A DNA stretch of 63,827 bases, filler included, from Reticulomyxa filosa (lineage: Eukaryota; Protista; Foraminifera), in assembly GCA_000512085.1 (NCBI GenBank). It is 19 parts of 19 records of this genome, joined end to end, with 100 filler letters (N's around TTAATTAATTAA, not from the genome) between each part and the next. Parts side by side here need not be neighbours in the genome. Positions count along the whole stretch, not along the records: positions 17,680 to 27,639 come from ASPP01012396.1; positions 27,740 to 28,932 come from ASPP01034665.1; positions 29,033 to 32,962 come from ASPP01028639.1; positions 33,063 to 34,289 come from ASPP01045345.1; positions 34,390 to 37,549 come from ASPP01026717.1; 14 more parts are not named here. One strand, 5' to 3'. This document shows, in pieces, positions 24,778 through 36,171 of this stretch. Below the pieces are notes generated by a model. It was not told where the DNA came from, ran no database searches, and was given only the letters and a program-made list of their open reading frames with translations. Numbering within the stretch: the stretch's first letter is position 1; every line of letters begins with the position of its first letter. A program made the position numbers and the translations under genes.

Positions 24778-26163
24778 TTAAGAAAACTCACTAATGAGAG
24801 TAAGTTTGGAAGAGGAAGGTTGAGGATCAGTTTGCATATCTTTTTGATCTTCATGTTGATCAGTGTAAGCAGGTAATATTTGTTGGAACCTGGTTTCCTC
24901 TTCTTCAATCCATTGTTTCCACAAAGTGTCAGTATTGGCATCGTCATCATTGGCAATATCGATATCCAGCAGCATATCGGCATTGCCATTATTGTCAGTA
25001 ACATGAGCATCACCATCGCGATCCACGACAGTGGTATTTTGTGGTTTCTCTTTATTCTCAAGAACATGGCCCGAAGAGGTAGTCGTCGAAGAAGAAGAGG
25101 CAATGGCTTTGGACGTGGCCTTAAAAATAAGCGGATCGAACAATTGAATGGGATCGACAATCCGACCAAGCAAGAGTTCTTTTCGTTTTCGAGGATTGTC
25201 AAATTGTTGTTTTTTGAATTCGTTTTCCAGTTGGACGTGCCATTGATTGACCAAAGGCAAGACATACGTGTAGCACAGTTGAACCAGATCGCGACTGGCC
25301 AAGGGCACACCGCCGATCTTATGAACCGCGCAAAGCTGTTCGAACTTGGTCATCGTGAAGACACTTTTGCCGTCGAGCAGTAGTTCCTCTTTCAAAGAGG
25401 GGTCAATGAGCGTGAACATTTTTTTTTGGAACTTGGCGTGGCCCTTTTTTTCACCACTTTTCGTAACATGCTCTTCTTCTTCTTCTTCTTCTTCTCCTCC
25501 ATCGCCTCCTTGTTCTTTTCTGGGCTTCGTTGAATTATTATCCATGTCATTATCATTATTGTTATTATCATCCTTCTCTGGTGTAACAATATGTCCCAAA
25601 CTCACGGATATTGGCAGGTGGTGGATATTCAATGGAAGGGGTAGCTTTTCCGATATCGAATGCACTGTAATTTTACTTCCAACCACTGTCACGTCTGGCC
25701 TTCGGTGATGCTTTAATGCTGCCAATGCTGCCAAGTTTGCACAGTCAACTAGATTCCCTTTGTCTTGGATCACGCTAATGTCCACTCGCAAATGCCACAC
25801 TTGCTCTCCGAACAATACACACAACGTCTCCAAATCAATCGCTTTCGATTCTACAAATCCACGCTCGATTATCTGCGTTATTCGATCCACTACCTCTTTG
25901 CTCATCTTCAAATGCGGGGGCACCAATGTTCGGAATACTACTATCCCTTGGTTCGATTTCCCGATCTGTGGCTGCACTAACATTTGCGACACTTTCGCAA
26001 ACACTCGCGTCCCTCCCAACTGCACTTCCACGCTTCCTGGATTCAGCCCAAACGTATATTTCACATCACGTGCATCCTCTAGGCCACGACCATCCAATCT
26101 ATACCCTTTTTGCAGAGCTTTCAATATAAAATGCCGATCATTTATACTTAATACTGATTCCAT
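24778..26163 (-). CDS. EXOSC9: Exosome complex component Rrp45 (RNase PH fold)
   Basis: LSINDRHFILKALQKGYRLDGR, SKAIDLETLCV, VWHLRVD, DKGNLVDC, ALKHHRRPDVTV, LNIHHLPISVS, CAVHKIGG; acidic insertion; extreme 3' end may be spliced. Confidence 0.92.
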   Translation of the reverse strand: MESVLSINDRHFILKALQKGYRLDGRGLEDARDVKYTFGLNPGSVEVQLGGTRVFAKVSQMLVQPQIGKSNQGIVVFRTLVPPHLKMSKEVVDRITQIIERGFVESKAIDLETLCVLFGEQVWHLRVDISVIQDKGNLVDCANLAALAALKHHRRPDVTVVGSKITVHSISEKLPLPLNIHHLPISVSLGHIVTPEKDDNNNNDNDMDNNSTKPRKEQGGDGGEEEEEEEEHVTKSGEKKGHAKFQKKMFTLIDPSLKEELLLDGKSVFTMTKFEQLCAVHKIGGVPLASRDLVQLCYTYVLPLVNQWHVQLENEFKKQQFDNPRKRKELLLGRIVDPIQLFDPLIFKATSKAIASSSSTTTSSGHVLENKEKPQNTTVVDRDGDAHVTDNNGNADMLLDIDIANDDDANTDTLWKQWIEEEETRFQQILPAYTDQHEDQKDMQTDPQPSSSKLTLISEFS

Positions 26164-27312
26164 TGCTAGAGCTAATGGTATATTGCCCCCTGCTGTTTTT
26201 TCCTTTCGCCCTCCTTCTGGTCTTCAAGTCAAAGCCAACAGTAGCTACAATTTTAGTGTAGTAATGCTTATGCTTTTCTTTAGCATTTAGACAGTCACAG
26301 TTTGAAATAAAACAAAACATGAGAAAGTACTTCCTTTTGTTTGGAGAAAAAATTAAAATACAAAAAAAAAATACTTGCTCAAAAAAAGCATTTTGCGAAT
26401 ATTGAAGAATGATTTTTTTGGTGAAATCTTGCAGCTAACAGCTTTTAATTTGTTTTGCAATTTTGCAAAAAAAGAAAAATATTTCATCAAATATTTGTAA
26501 TTATGATGGAATACGCAAACATAAAGCTAATGTTTTTAATTAAAATTTGGTTATGTCTTACGAATACATTTTTTGTTTGGTCCTACTTCAGCTGTCAATC
26601 TTTTAAAGTGCACAAGGTAAAATCCATAGCTAAAACTACAGCATTAAAAAGCTTATTATATATTAACGATGGGAAAGTTTGGTGCACTAGTTTGCTATTT
26701 GTTGTTTGTCTACCACATAAATAAATAAAGAGATAATAACTCTTTCTTGCACCACTCTTTTTTTTTCTACCTCGTATGTTTTTTTTAAAACGCATGGTAT
26801 TGTTTCACGTGGGGACAATGTTGAAAGGAAATTCTTCGACAAGAGCAAACTAAACAAGATCAAAAAAATATGGAAATCAAAGGAACTCCAACCTATTAAG
26901 GGAATCGCGTATGTAGCTAGAAACCTTGCGTATATTTTTGTAGTATCAAATGCAATCTATATGAATACATAACACACTAAAAAAAAAAAAAAGGCTTGAA
27001 GTAGCGAAGAGACAGCTGCAGTTTTGTTTAAATGTTTTTTTTTTTTTTAAAGCAAAGTATTTCTATCATGTTCATCTCTTCTTCTCTTTTTTTTTATGAT
27101 ATCCCCACTTCCACCCAAGTAAATGGAAATTATGAACAAAAGAAAAAAGGAAATGATATAGGGCTAATCCGGCAACGTCGATCACGCTTTCAACAGCCTC
27201 AGCAGTGGTATAATGTCATTGTATTATATCTGATATTGATGTCTGTTCATATACACATATACATATATGTATATGTATATGTTGTCAATGCAAACAAACA
27301 TTAATACCAAAG

Positions 27313-27639
27313 ATGGCGGCAAAGAATGCTGACAATAAAAAGAAGTCGAAATCCAATGCACCTCTCCCTGACAACAATAACTCATCGGACGCCAAACTTC
27401 AACCTCAATCTCAGTCGAATGGCGAGCCTCAAGCAAATAGTGAACCTCGATCGAAAGATGATCCTCAGTCGAATGGCGAACTCCAAGCGAAAAGTGAACC
27501 TCAGCCGAATAGCGGACCCCAAGCGAACAACGAGAAAGTGAATAACGAAAATCCAGACAACAAGCAATCGAATAATGAGCAGCCAAACAACGAACAATCG
27601 AATAGCACAGCCCAACCGAACGATCCATCCCAATCAAAC
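27313..27639 (+). CDS. Low-complexity N/Q/P/S-rich protein N-terminus with a coding minisatellite (truncated by contig end)
   Basis: Open frame from ATG to the spacer; 6-aa units PQSNGE/PQANSE/PRSKDD/PQSNGE/LQAKSE/PQPNSG/PQANNE followed by 5-aa NNE-type units. Confidence 0.65.
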
Positions 27640-27914
27640 NNNNNNNNNNNNNNNNNNNNNNNNNNNNNNNNNNNNNNNNNNNNTTAATTAATTAANNNNN
27701 NNNNNNNNNNNNNNNNNNNNNNNNNNNNNNNNNNNNNNNACATTCTTATGCTTGTACTGTTTATTGAGAACAAAATACAAATGCTTGTATTTTTTTTTTT
27801 CACTTGAATCAAAGCGAGCCAAACAAAAGTTTTGAAAAAAAGAAACTTTGATTGAAAATCACGTCCGTAAAAGAGTGTTTTACAAAAAATATTACCTTTT
27901 TCTTTTTTTTTTAG

Positions 27915-28428
27915 ATAGTCTTGACCCCTTTCAATTTTTGAACAACGGCATCACACTTCTGCTTTCTGTGCAACTGACGCATGCATACTAAGCATAGTTA
28001 TGTTGAACGTGGGTTACACGTCGTTCTCAGTCAAGTGCTCATCATACTGTGGGGGCAGGACAGACCTGCTTTACGTGAAGCTTCAAGCTGTCAATGTCGG
28101 CATCACAGTCACAGTTGCCATCAATTGGCAAGGAAGTATTCCAGGCTCATGGAAGTTGCGAATGCAATATAGTACTACTCAATGCCATTTACTTCCAAAA
28201 ACAGAAGAAGAAAAAAGTGGTGTTAATAATAATGAAACAAATCGACTGTTGCAAATGTCACGTAGTAATATAACTGGCGTGGCTGCATCCATTAGTATGA
28301 TGAATAACAATTTTTTCAAACATGCAAATTGGCAAACAGACACAATGCAACCCGCACATTACCAGGTCCGAAAAATCGCAACAGTTTCGAAGAACAATAG
28401 GTACTCCTTCTGTGAAAATCAAAAATAA
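27915..28428 (+). CDS. Probable terminal exon of an unknown gene
   Basis: 142+ codon open frame after a T-rich AG acceptor near 27914; no family recognised. Confidence 0.35.
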
Positions 28429-29032
28429 TATTACATTAACATTTTTTAGGATTTTTTTTTCTTTTCTGTGGAAATCAATAAAAAAAAAAAAATAAAAAAT
28501 TGACACAGAACAAAACGCAATATTTTTGACAAATAAATCGGACTAGAATTTTTTCAATTGAAATTTTTGTATTGAAAATTACATCAAAAAGAAAAAAAGG
28601 GTAACAATTTTAATGCATCCTCCACAAAAAACGAAAATGTATTTTTAACGAAAAATCACATCACATAATTCAATTTTTGTTTTGATTGTATAATTGATTC
28701 TCTTATCTTCAACATCTCAATCAAGAGTGAGAAAGTGATTTTTACTTCATAAGACGCTACCAAAGAATTATTAGTTGATACAAATCAGAAGGTTCTGTCA
28801 CAAATCTTCAAAAGTTCAAACAGGGAAAGAGTACGAGTGATTGGTAGTGGCAAAGTTAAAGTGCATTCCATTAAAGTACTTTTGTTCCTTTTTTTTTTTT
28901 TGAATGTGTTGACAGTGTGCAACATTATTTTCNNNNNNNNNNNNNNNNNNNNNNNNNNNNNNNNNNNNNNNNNNNNTTAATTAATTAANNNNNNNNNNNN
29001 NNNNNNNNNNNNNNNNNNNNNNNNNNNNNNNN

Positions 29033-29327
29033 TCCTCTTATAACTTTTATCAATTTAAAATCTTCAGTCTATTTTTATATATTGATAATTATTTTGCTTT
29101 TAAATAAAATAACTCAACGTATTTGATAACAATTTTTTCCAAATCATAAACCCATCCTAATTGAATATCTGAAAGTCGAAGCCAATCTCCAATTATTATT
29201 TTTATCTCTTTTTCAGACTAAACAATACAATTCTTTTGTTTATTCAAAACAGATATAGATAAATTTTTTTTGTAAAAGTTTACCAAGTGTATTATTGTAG
29301 TTGCTTCAGCTGTAGTGGTTTACCCAT
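29033..29327 (-). pseudogene. 5' part of another leader + cassette + WD40 gene (exons 29327-29284, 29217-29119, 29068 to contig end)
   Basis: Cassette exon SEKEIKIIIGDWLRLSDIQLGWVYDLEKIVIKY, then TEDFKLIKVIRG (start of a WD40 repeat). Exon 1 is 44 nt, one base short of phase 0: either a pseudogene or a homopolymer error. Confidence 0.7.
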
Positions 29328-29493
29328 TCTTCTTATAAGAAACAGGCAGATGATTAACAATTTTTGAACTTATAAAAAGTATTCCTTTTTTTTCTTATTG
29401 CAAATCAACAATTGCTTTTAATGAGCAATATTCAATTTTTTGTATTTACAATAAGTATCAGTAAAATAATTACTCTTAAAAAAGAAAATTTTT

Positions 29494-32400
29494 TTACATT
29501 CGTTTCCACAGACGAATTGTTTCAGCATCAGATGATGACACAATCATATCACCGTTTGGTGAAACATCTATTCCTGTTACACCTCCAGAATATTCTTCTA
29601 ATTTTTGTACTTCTAGTCCCAGTTCTATATCCCATAATCGAATTGTATTATCTTCTGAGCAGGATATAATATTTTTACCATCTGGAAAAAATTGGACATC
29701 ATTTATTGTATCAGAATGTCCTTTTAATATTTTCACTTGTTCTTCTGATATTACTTTCCATATTGATATTACTTTTTCCTCAGAACAAGATACAACAAAA
29801 AGACCATCTGGTGAAAATCTTGCTTTTTTTTTATATCTATATTTCCATCCTAGTTTATGTAACTTTTCACCCGTTTTAAAATCCCAAATTTCAATTCTTT
29901 GGCCATTTGATGTTGACACAACTTGTTGACCATCAAATGAAATTTGTAGATTGATTATTCTACCTGATTCTTCTTTTAAAATTGCTATTTCTTCTCCAGT
30001 ATTTACATTCCATATTCGAAATGTTCCATCATATGAACCAGATAAAATTTTTTTTCCATCTAATGAGAATTGAACACTTGTTATAATATCTGTATGTCCT
30101 TTACATTCATTTATTTTTGTACATGTTTTTGCATCCCATAATATAATTGTCTTATCATTTGAACATGATACAATCATTTTTCCATCTGGTGAAAATTTTG
30201 CATCATTTACACAATCTGTATGTCCTTTTAATATTCTAATTTCTTCTCCTGGTCCAACATCCAATATTTTAATTGTTTTATCTTGTGACGATAAAATAAT
30301 TTTGGCACCATCTGGAGAAAATTTTACACTATTAGCATTTGAATGCAATTGAAAAATTTTGAATGGTTTAAAATATTTTCTCTGTTTATATGTTTTATTT
30401 TATAATATATAAATATATATTTTTTTCTTATAAAAATAATAGAAAAATAATACATAAAATACCAAAAGATATCTTGAAATCATAACAGCAAGTTCATTCA
30501 CCCACATCGATTCGACTAGAAATACACGTCGCCAGTATTCCAGTATATTTGCAATTTCTTTTGTTTTCTTTTTTTTTGTTTAATTTATTATTAAATAAAT
30601 AAGTAAAAAAAAAATAAATTAATAATAAAAATATATCTTTTCAAAATTTCTAAGTTAACTTTAATTTCTTTAATATTAGGCTGATGTTTCATTCTCTCTA
30701 GGTCATCATAAATTATTCTAAGCTCTTCAGTTTCTTTTTCTTTCTCTTCAAGATATTTTTGCTTTTCTTCTTTCTTGTACCATTGTTCTTCTTTTTCTGT
30801 TTTTTTTGTAATCCATTTTTTTATACTTGTTTTCATATGTGTAGAATATGATCCATTTTTTTTTCTTCCTCCAATACAATGTATGTATTCATTATTTCCA
30901 TTTAATGCTACCAAACAATAATCCAATAATATAGGTAACGTTTGTTCAAATTTCATCCAATCATTTTTACTTATTGAATATTTATGAATTGATCTTGAAA
31001 CTTTTTTAGTTTCATTATATCCACCAAACAATAAAATATAATCATCAACACAAACAAATCCATAAGAATAACATGTTTTAATAGTTGTACAAACTCTTAT
31101 ATTATAAAATTGAAAAATATTATAAGTTTCATTATATTCAATTGTTAAGCCCGTATTCTTATGAAATAATATCATTTCATGTATTTTTTTATTATTACTC
31201 TTTTTTGATACAAAGCAATGATAATTTATTCGATCATGAATTGGTAAAATACTATTTTTAATATATCTAAATGTATTTAAATCAAATACTGTAATATTAT
31301 TTGGATAATAAGTGATAAATAATAAATTAACACTAAATTTTGCACGCACTCCACGATAATCATCTCCATCTGTACCAATAATAATTGATTTATTATTATT
31401 ATCAATCAAAGGTATCCATTCATTATTATGTTCTACTTCATCATTCCAAACGCTTATATATTTCATTATTAATGTATGTTTTGGATATCCACCAAATGAT
31501 AATAAAGTAATATTTCGTGAATTATCTTCATTTATTAGCTTTAATACACAATGTCCATTTAATTTAATATCACTTGGATAAGAACAAATACGCTTATATT
31601 TACATTTATGTATATGATAAGAATAACATCCATTATTATTACAACCTCCACAAATCAATATTTCGTTATTATAAGTTATACATTGACTTTGACATTGATA
31701 AACTAGAATAGGTAGAAAAGGTAAAACGATAAATGGTGCATCTTTTACTTTTTCAACAAATGGTAAACCATCATTAATAGTTAATAATATTGACTTTTCT
31801 ATATCATTTTGTTTCTTTAGATATCCTTTTTCATAAAGAAATATACAAAATAAATTGATATCGTCATTACAACAGCGTTTTTCTATAAATTTTTTTCTTC
31901 TTTTTTTATATTTTTGTTCATTATCATCATTTTTTTTCCATTTGTCAAATTGAGATAACAATAAACTAGTTTCATTAATATCATTTTGTGTTTCTTTTAA
32001 TGCCAGATAGACAATATTCAAATCTGTAGAATGACTTCGAATATTAGAAATTCCTTCAGCAAATTCATTATATCTTATCCATGTCAATAATATCATTTGC
32101 ATATGCTCATTTTCACTCTCTATTTTTGCATTCCATGTTACTCTTTCTTTATTATCAATAGGACTTATTGGAGACCTTGCAAACAAAATTTTACGTTCAT
32201 ATTTGAACGGAGATATCCATGATACATCACAACTTGCTATTTCGTGTGCTCTTCTCATAGAAGGATGAAAATGTAAGATACATCCTTGATCACTTTTATG
32301 CATTTGTGAAGCTTGAATATCATCAGAAGTACTTACATGACTTATGAAAAATCCTGATTTTATTTCATTAATGTCCTCCAATCTCACTCCTTTCAATCTA

Positions 32401-32962
32401 CAATATAATTCCGTTTCACTTTCTTCTCTTCTTTCATGTAAATGAAGTATTTGGACAGCCTCCTGTAAAGAAAAGTCTAAATAAGGCCATTTATTATGTT
32501 CAAATTGTGATTGATCACAGTTGAGTTGAACGCTACATGACTTACCACAATACAATAAAACTGCACAAATATGATGCAATTGAAGTGGATATCCTATTTG
32601 TTTATGAATATCATTATGATACAATATCTTCAATTCATTTAATATTGTAAATATTTTATCATTTAATAATTTTTCATTTTTATTCTTTTTTTTAGAATCA
32701 ATTATTTGTATTGCTTCTTTTTTATTCTTTGTATATTGCGATGTGACTAAATCTCTCAAATAACCATTCTTTGTCACTTCATGAAATAGTCTTTGTAATT
32801 CATAATTTCTCTTTCTCTTGGAATCCAATATATTTTGAATCTTTTTAAGTTTGTCCAAATCATGTTTATATAATAATGGAAAAAATATAAATTGTCGGTC
32901 AAATGAAATAAATTCAACATCTGGGCCAACACTTTTTGGTAAATTGTTTGTTTTTATATCAA
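29494..32962 (-). CDS. ADP-ribosyltransferase-like domain + Kelch-like propeller + cassette module + WD40 propeller protein, 5'-truncated (exons <32962-30660, 30567-30463, 30381-29494)
   Basis: Frame is open to the contig edge. ART-type motifs AVLLYCG, ELYCRLKGV, FISHVSTSDD, CDVSWISPFKYERKILF; Kelch blades ILICGG, LLSFGG, ILLFGG, IHCIGG; cassette KTKEIANILEYWRRVFLVESMWVNELAVMISRYLL; seven WD40 repeats. Confidence 0.85.
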
Positions 32963-33164
32963 NNNNNNNNNNNNNNNNNNNNNNNNNNNNNNNNNNNNNN
33001 NNNNNNTTAATTAATTAANNNNNNNNNNNNNNNNNNNNNNNNNNNNNNNNNNNNNNNNNNNNAAAGGTGTCAAAAAATTTTCATATTTGACAGTGGAGAA
33101 AAATTATGACCAATTCTTAGTTTTTTTGAACATAACTCAAACATACGTGTGAAAAATTAAATTG

Positions 33165-33354
33165 GTACAATTGACAGCTAAAAAGAGCTTCCTAAAATGA
33201 ACCCCTATGAACATTTATGTGTTTATTCATGAAAAATCAATAATTATTTAAATAATATCTATGCATCGTGGAGAATCCAAAAATATTTAAAACGTAAACA
33301 CATAAATGTTCGTAGGGTTCATTTTAGGGAGATCTGTTTAGTTGTCGATTGCAC
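33165..33354. repeat. Long imperfect inverted repeat (arms 33165-33225 and 33295-33354, 69-nt spacer)
   Basis: Aligning the left arm with the reverse complement of the right arm gives 53 matches, 7 substitutions and one 1-nt bulge. Confidence 0.92.
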
Positions 33355-33499
33355 ATGCCATATAGATCTTTTTTTTGCCCTTTCCAATAGATATACTAAT
33401 TCATAGATATTCTTTCGAGTAGCATTGCCCACTCTTTATTATCAACTGTGTTAATATATGTATTCATTAAATGTTTGGAAACAAATATCAAAGCATTGA

Positions 33500-33950
33500 A
33501 AACTCTTTTCAGTCAAATTCGTTAAAAATTACTCCAAATGATTTTATACATGGTTTATCTTTTAACCCACTCATCAAAATGTTTAATACTTTTTCCAGTT
33601 GTTTATTAGTTAATTCCAAGTAATTTGCGTATGATCCATCTCCACCTTTCAATTCATTTATGAAAGAATCAACAGCTTTTTAAAATTATTTCTCAGACAA
33701 TTTCTTGAAATTGTATCAAGTAATTTTACACATGAACTATGAATATTTCTATTTTCACCGTTTAATTCATTCATTAAAGCCTTCTCCGGGTTTTTGTTTT
33801 TGTCTTGTGTTTTTCTTTGTCGTTTTCTTTTTCTTTACTCTTGAAGCTTCAGCAAGAAGAGCTTCTTCCCCTTTCTGGTTGCTCAGCATTAATTTTCGTT
33901 CGAATGTTGAAAAGATTAGGAGGGTTTATTTAAAGTTTTTTAGAACCTTT
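33500..33950 (-). pseudogene. Decayed gene 5' end sharing upstream and leader sequence with 44745-44900
   Basis: CTTGCTGAAGCTTCAAGAGTAAAGAAAAAGAAAACGACAAAGAAAAACACAAGAC versus CCTGCTGAAACTTCAAGAAAAGAAGGAAAAGAAAGTGACAAAAGAAAAACACAAGAC; downstream frames are broken by stops. Confidence 0.55.
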
Positions 33951-34397
33951 TTTGTGAAAGTAAAAACGTTGTCAAACTGAACGTTTTACAATTTCAGTAT
34001 TTCTACAACTAATTTTCTTTTTGTAGTGCTCAAGAAAACATTGTTAGCATACACACGATTTAACAAGTGTTGAAAAAGGTGTGCCAACGAAGAAGACAAA
34101 TAGAAACTAATAAAGAAGAGTGAACAGACTTAGACATGAGTATTTTATTTATTATCAAAAAAGTATGAAATATTAGCTCAACAATTTTATATGATAATAA
34201 TACAAAACAGATTAAATAATAAAACAATCTCCAAAATGCAAAGACAAAACAAGGAAAGTTTTGATAAAAGTGAAAAAGGAAAAGTTTAANNNNNNNNNNN
34301 NNNNNNNNNNNNNNNNNNNNNNNNNNNNNNNNNTTAATTAATTAANNNNNNNNNNNNNNNNNNNNNNNNNNNNNNNNNNNNNNNNNNNNTAATAAAG

Positions 34398-34428
<31 letters not shown>

Positions 34429-34445
34429 TATAACATATATATAAA

Positions 34446-35832
34446 GGTGCTAACCAGTTGCTGCTTTCTCCGACCAGTAATACCATAGGCAAGGCGATGC
34501 ATCTCTGATCAGTGGATCCAAACAACGCTCATGCACAACTTGGGGCAAGCCCTTTGGGAAGTTGGCACGATTCATCAACTCGGCCAGCATCATGATCGCT
34601 GCAGGTACTCTTTTCCGATGGTTTCAATACAAACGAATTTCTGTAAGAAATTGCCAAGGGGTACGATCTATTTTTATGTATTTAATTTTTTTGTTGTTAT
34701 TAATATTGCAAATTAAATATGCATATTGCGAAAACAACAATGTCCGAAAAAAAAAAAACAATTCTTCTTTCCCCTCCCCCCTTTTTTTTGCTGTTGTGAT
34801 GATTTCTTGAAAGGATGAATCCAGCACATACTTTTTTTTTTTAAGTTTAGAAAAAGGGGAATCCACACAACAATTATAAGGCCGCATGCAAATGGTGTAA
34901 CTACGTTTCCGCGTTTTAAGTCGATCATAATTGACTTGGACCGATTGTAAGTCTTTACCGGGTAGGTCCAACCTTCAGCCAAGTCATTGTATCTTTCCGA
35001 GGCACGTCCAATGCCGTTGATTGGTTGGTAACTTTAACGCCATCACTGTGTCTTATCCCGACGTTCCTGGTTAAGTACATGCTTTTTGCAAGATATCTTT
35101 GGCACATACCCTTTTTTCTGGTTCACGTAACCTTTTTTTGTATGTTTGCTTTTTTGCTGTTTAGTTCCATGAGCTGATCATAGGCGGCTTAGTTTATAAA
35201 GGTAAAAAAGAACAAAATTTTTTAAATATACACTTTTATTTTAACTGCCCCTTTTTTTTTTAAATAAAAAAAGGCATTACAAATTGTGCGACATGTTTTA
35301 TGATGCCTGGCAAAAAGTGGACAAGTTTGCCATCGTGCAAAAACTTGTTTCTACTCACAAACCACCTCAGATAATGGTGACAGGTGTGTGATTTTTTTGT
35401 TGTGAACCGAATACCATTTTGTGCAGACCTATGGATCTCCTCGCTGGTGCAATGAGGTCATGGTTAATTATTTCATGGGAATTGTTGACACTCACCAGAA
35501 TAGCGAGTATGCATGACATAGGTTTGTTGCCAAAGCTTTTTTTTTGGATTTATTTTGCTTTTTAAAAAATATTGTATTTACGTGTAAAAAAAAATGCATC
35601 CTTTGCAAACTCCTTAATGTTATGGGTTGAATGTAATGGTAACACAGTTCCAACAGTTCTGCCAGAGGGATCTGACTATCACCACACACTCACCATGACT
35701 TGGCATACATCCAATTCTCCATTGAAGTATACAATTTGTGATGAAAGTGGCGAAGATCCGAACTGTAAATATTTTGGAGACTCAATAGCTGATCACTTGA
35801 TTATATGGACTTGTACTCTTAAGGCTAATTAA
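34446..35832 (+). pseudogene. Class-3 lipase pseudogene with retained introns
   Basis: VIVSFRGTSNAVDW, FYDAW, IMVTG, TYGSPR, YHH...YTICDESGEDPNC...SIADHL. Several stops and frameshifts; I could not find the HSLGG nucleophile exon. Confidence 0.8.
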
Positions 35833-36171
35833 CACGAAAATGTAATAAGTTCTCGATGTGAGAAAGAGCGTGTGTCTTACAATTTCTTTTTTTTCCCCTT
35901 GTTTGGTTTTTCTTGTTCGTTGTGAAGAAAAATCTAACTGATAAATAACAATCAGCAACCATACCAAGCTTCTTAAAAAAAAAAGTCTTTTTTCCATGTT
36001 TTTTAAAATACTTATTATTGGTAATCTTATCAAAACAAAATAAAAAAAAGAAATAATTTTGGATTTTGATGACTTGAAATATGAACTTGAATTCTAACAA
36101 TACTAAAAACAGAATAAAACAGTTAAGAAAGGGTGATTGACTTGGCCTCAAACTGCGTTGTTGTGATTGAA

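Noticed and set aside
18041-26163. RTCA and EXOSC9 on one contig as an RNA-processing gene cluster
   Set aside because: They are separated by an unrelated Kelch-WD40 gene and decayed DNA; two genes are consistent with chance.
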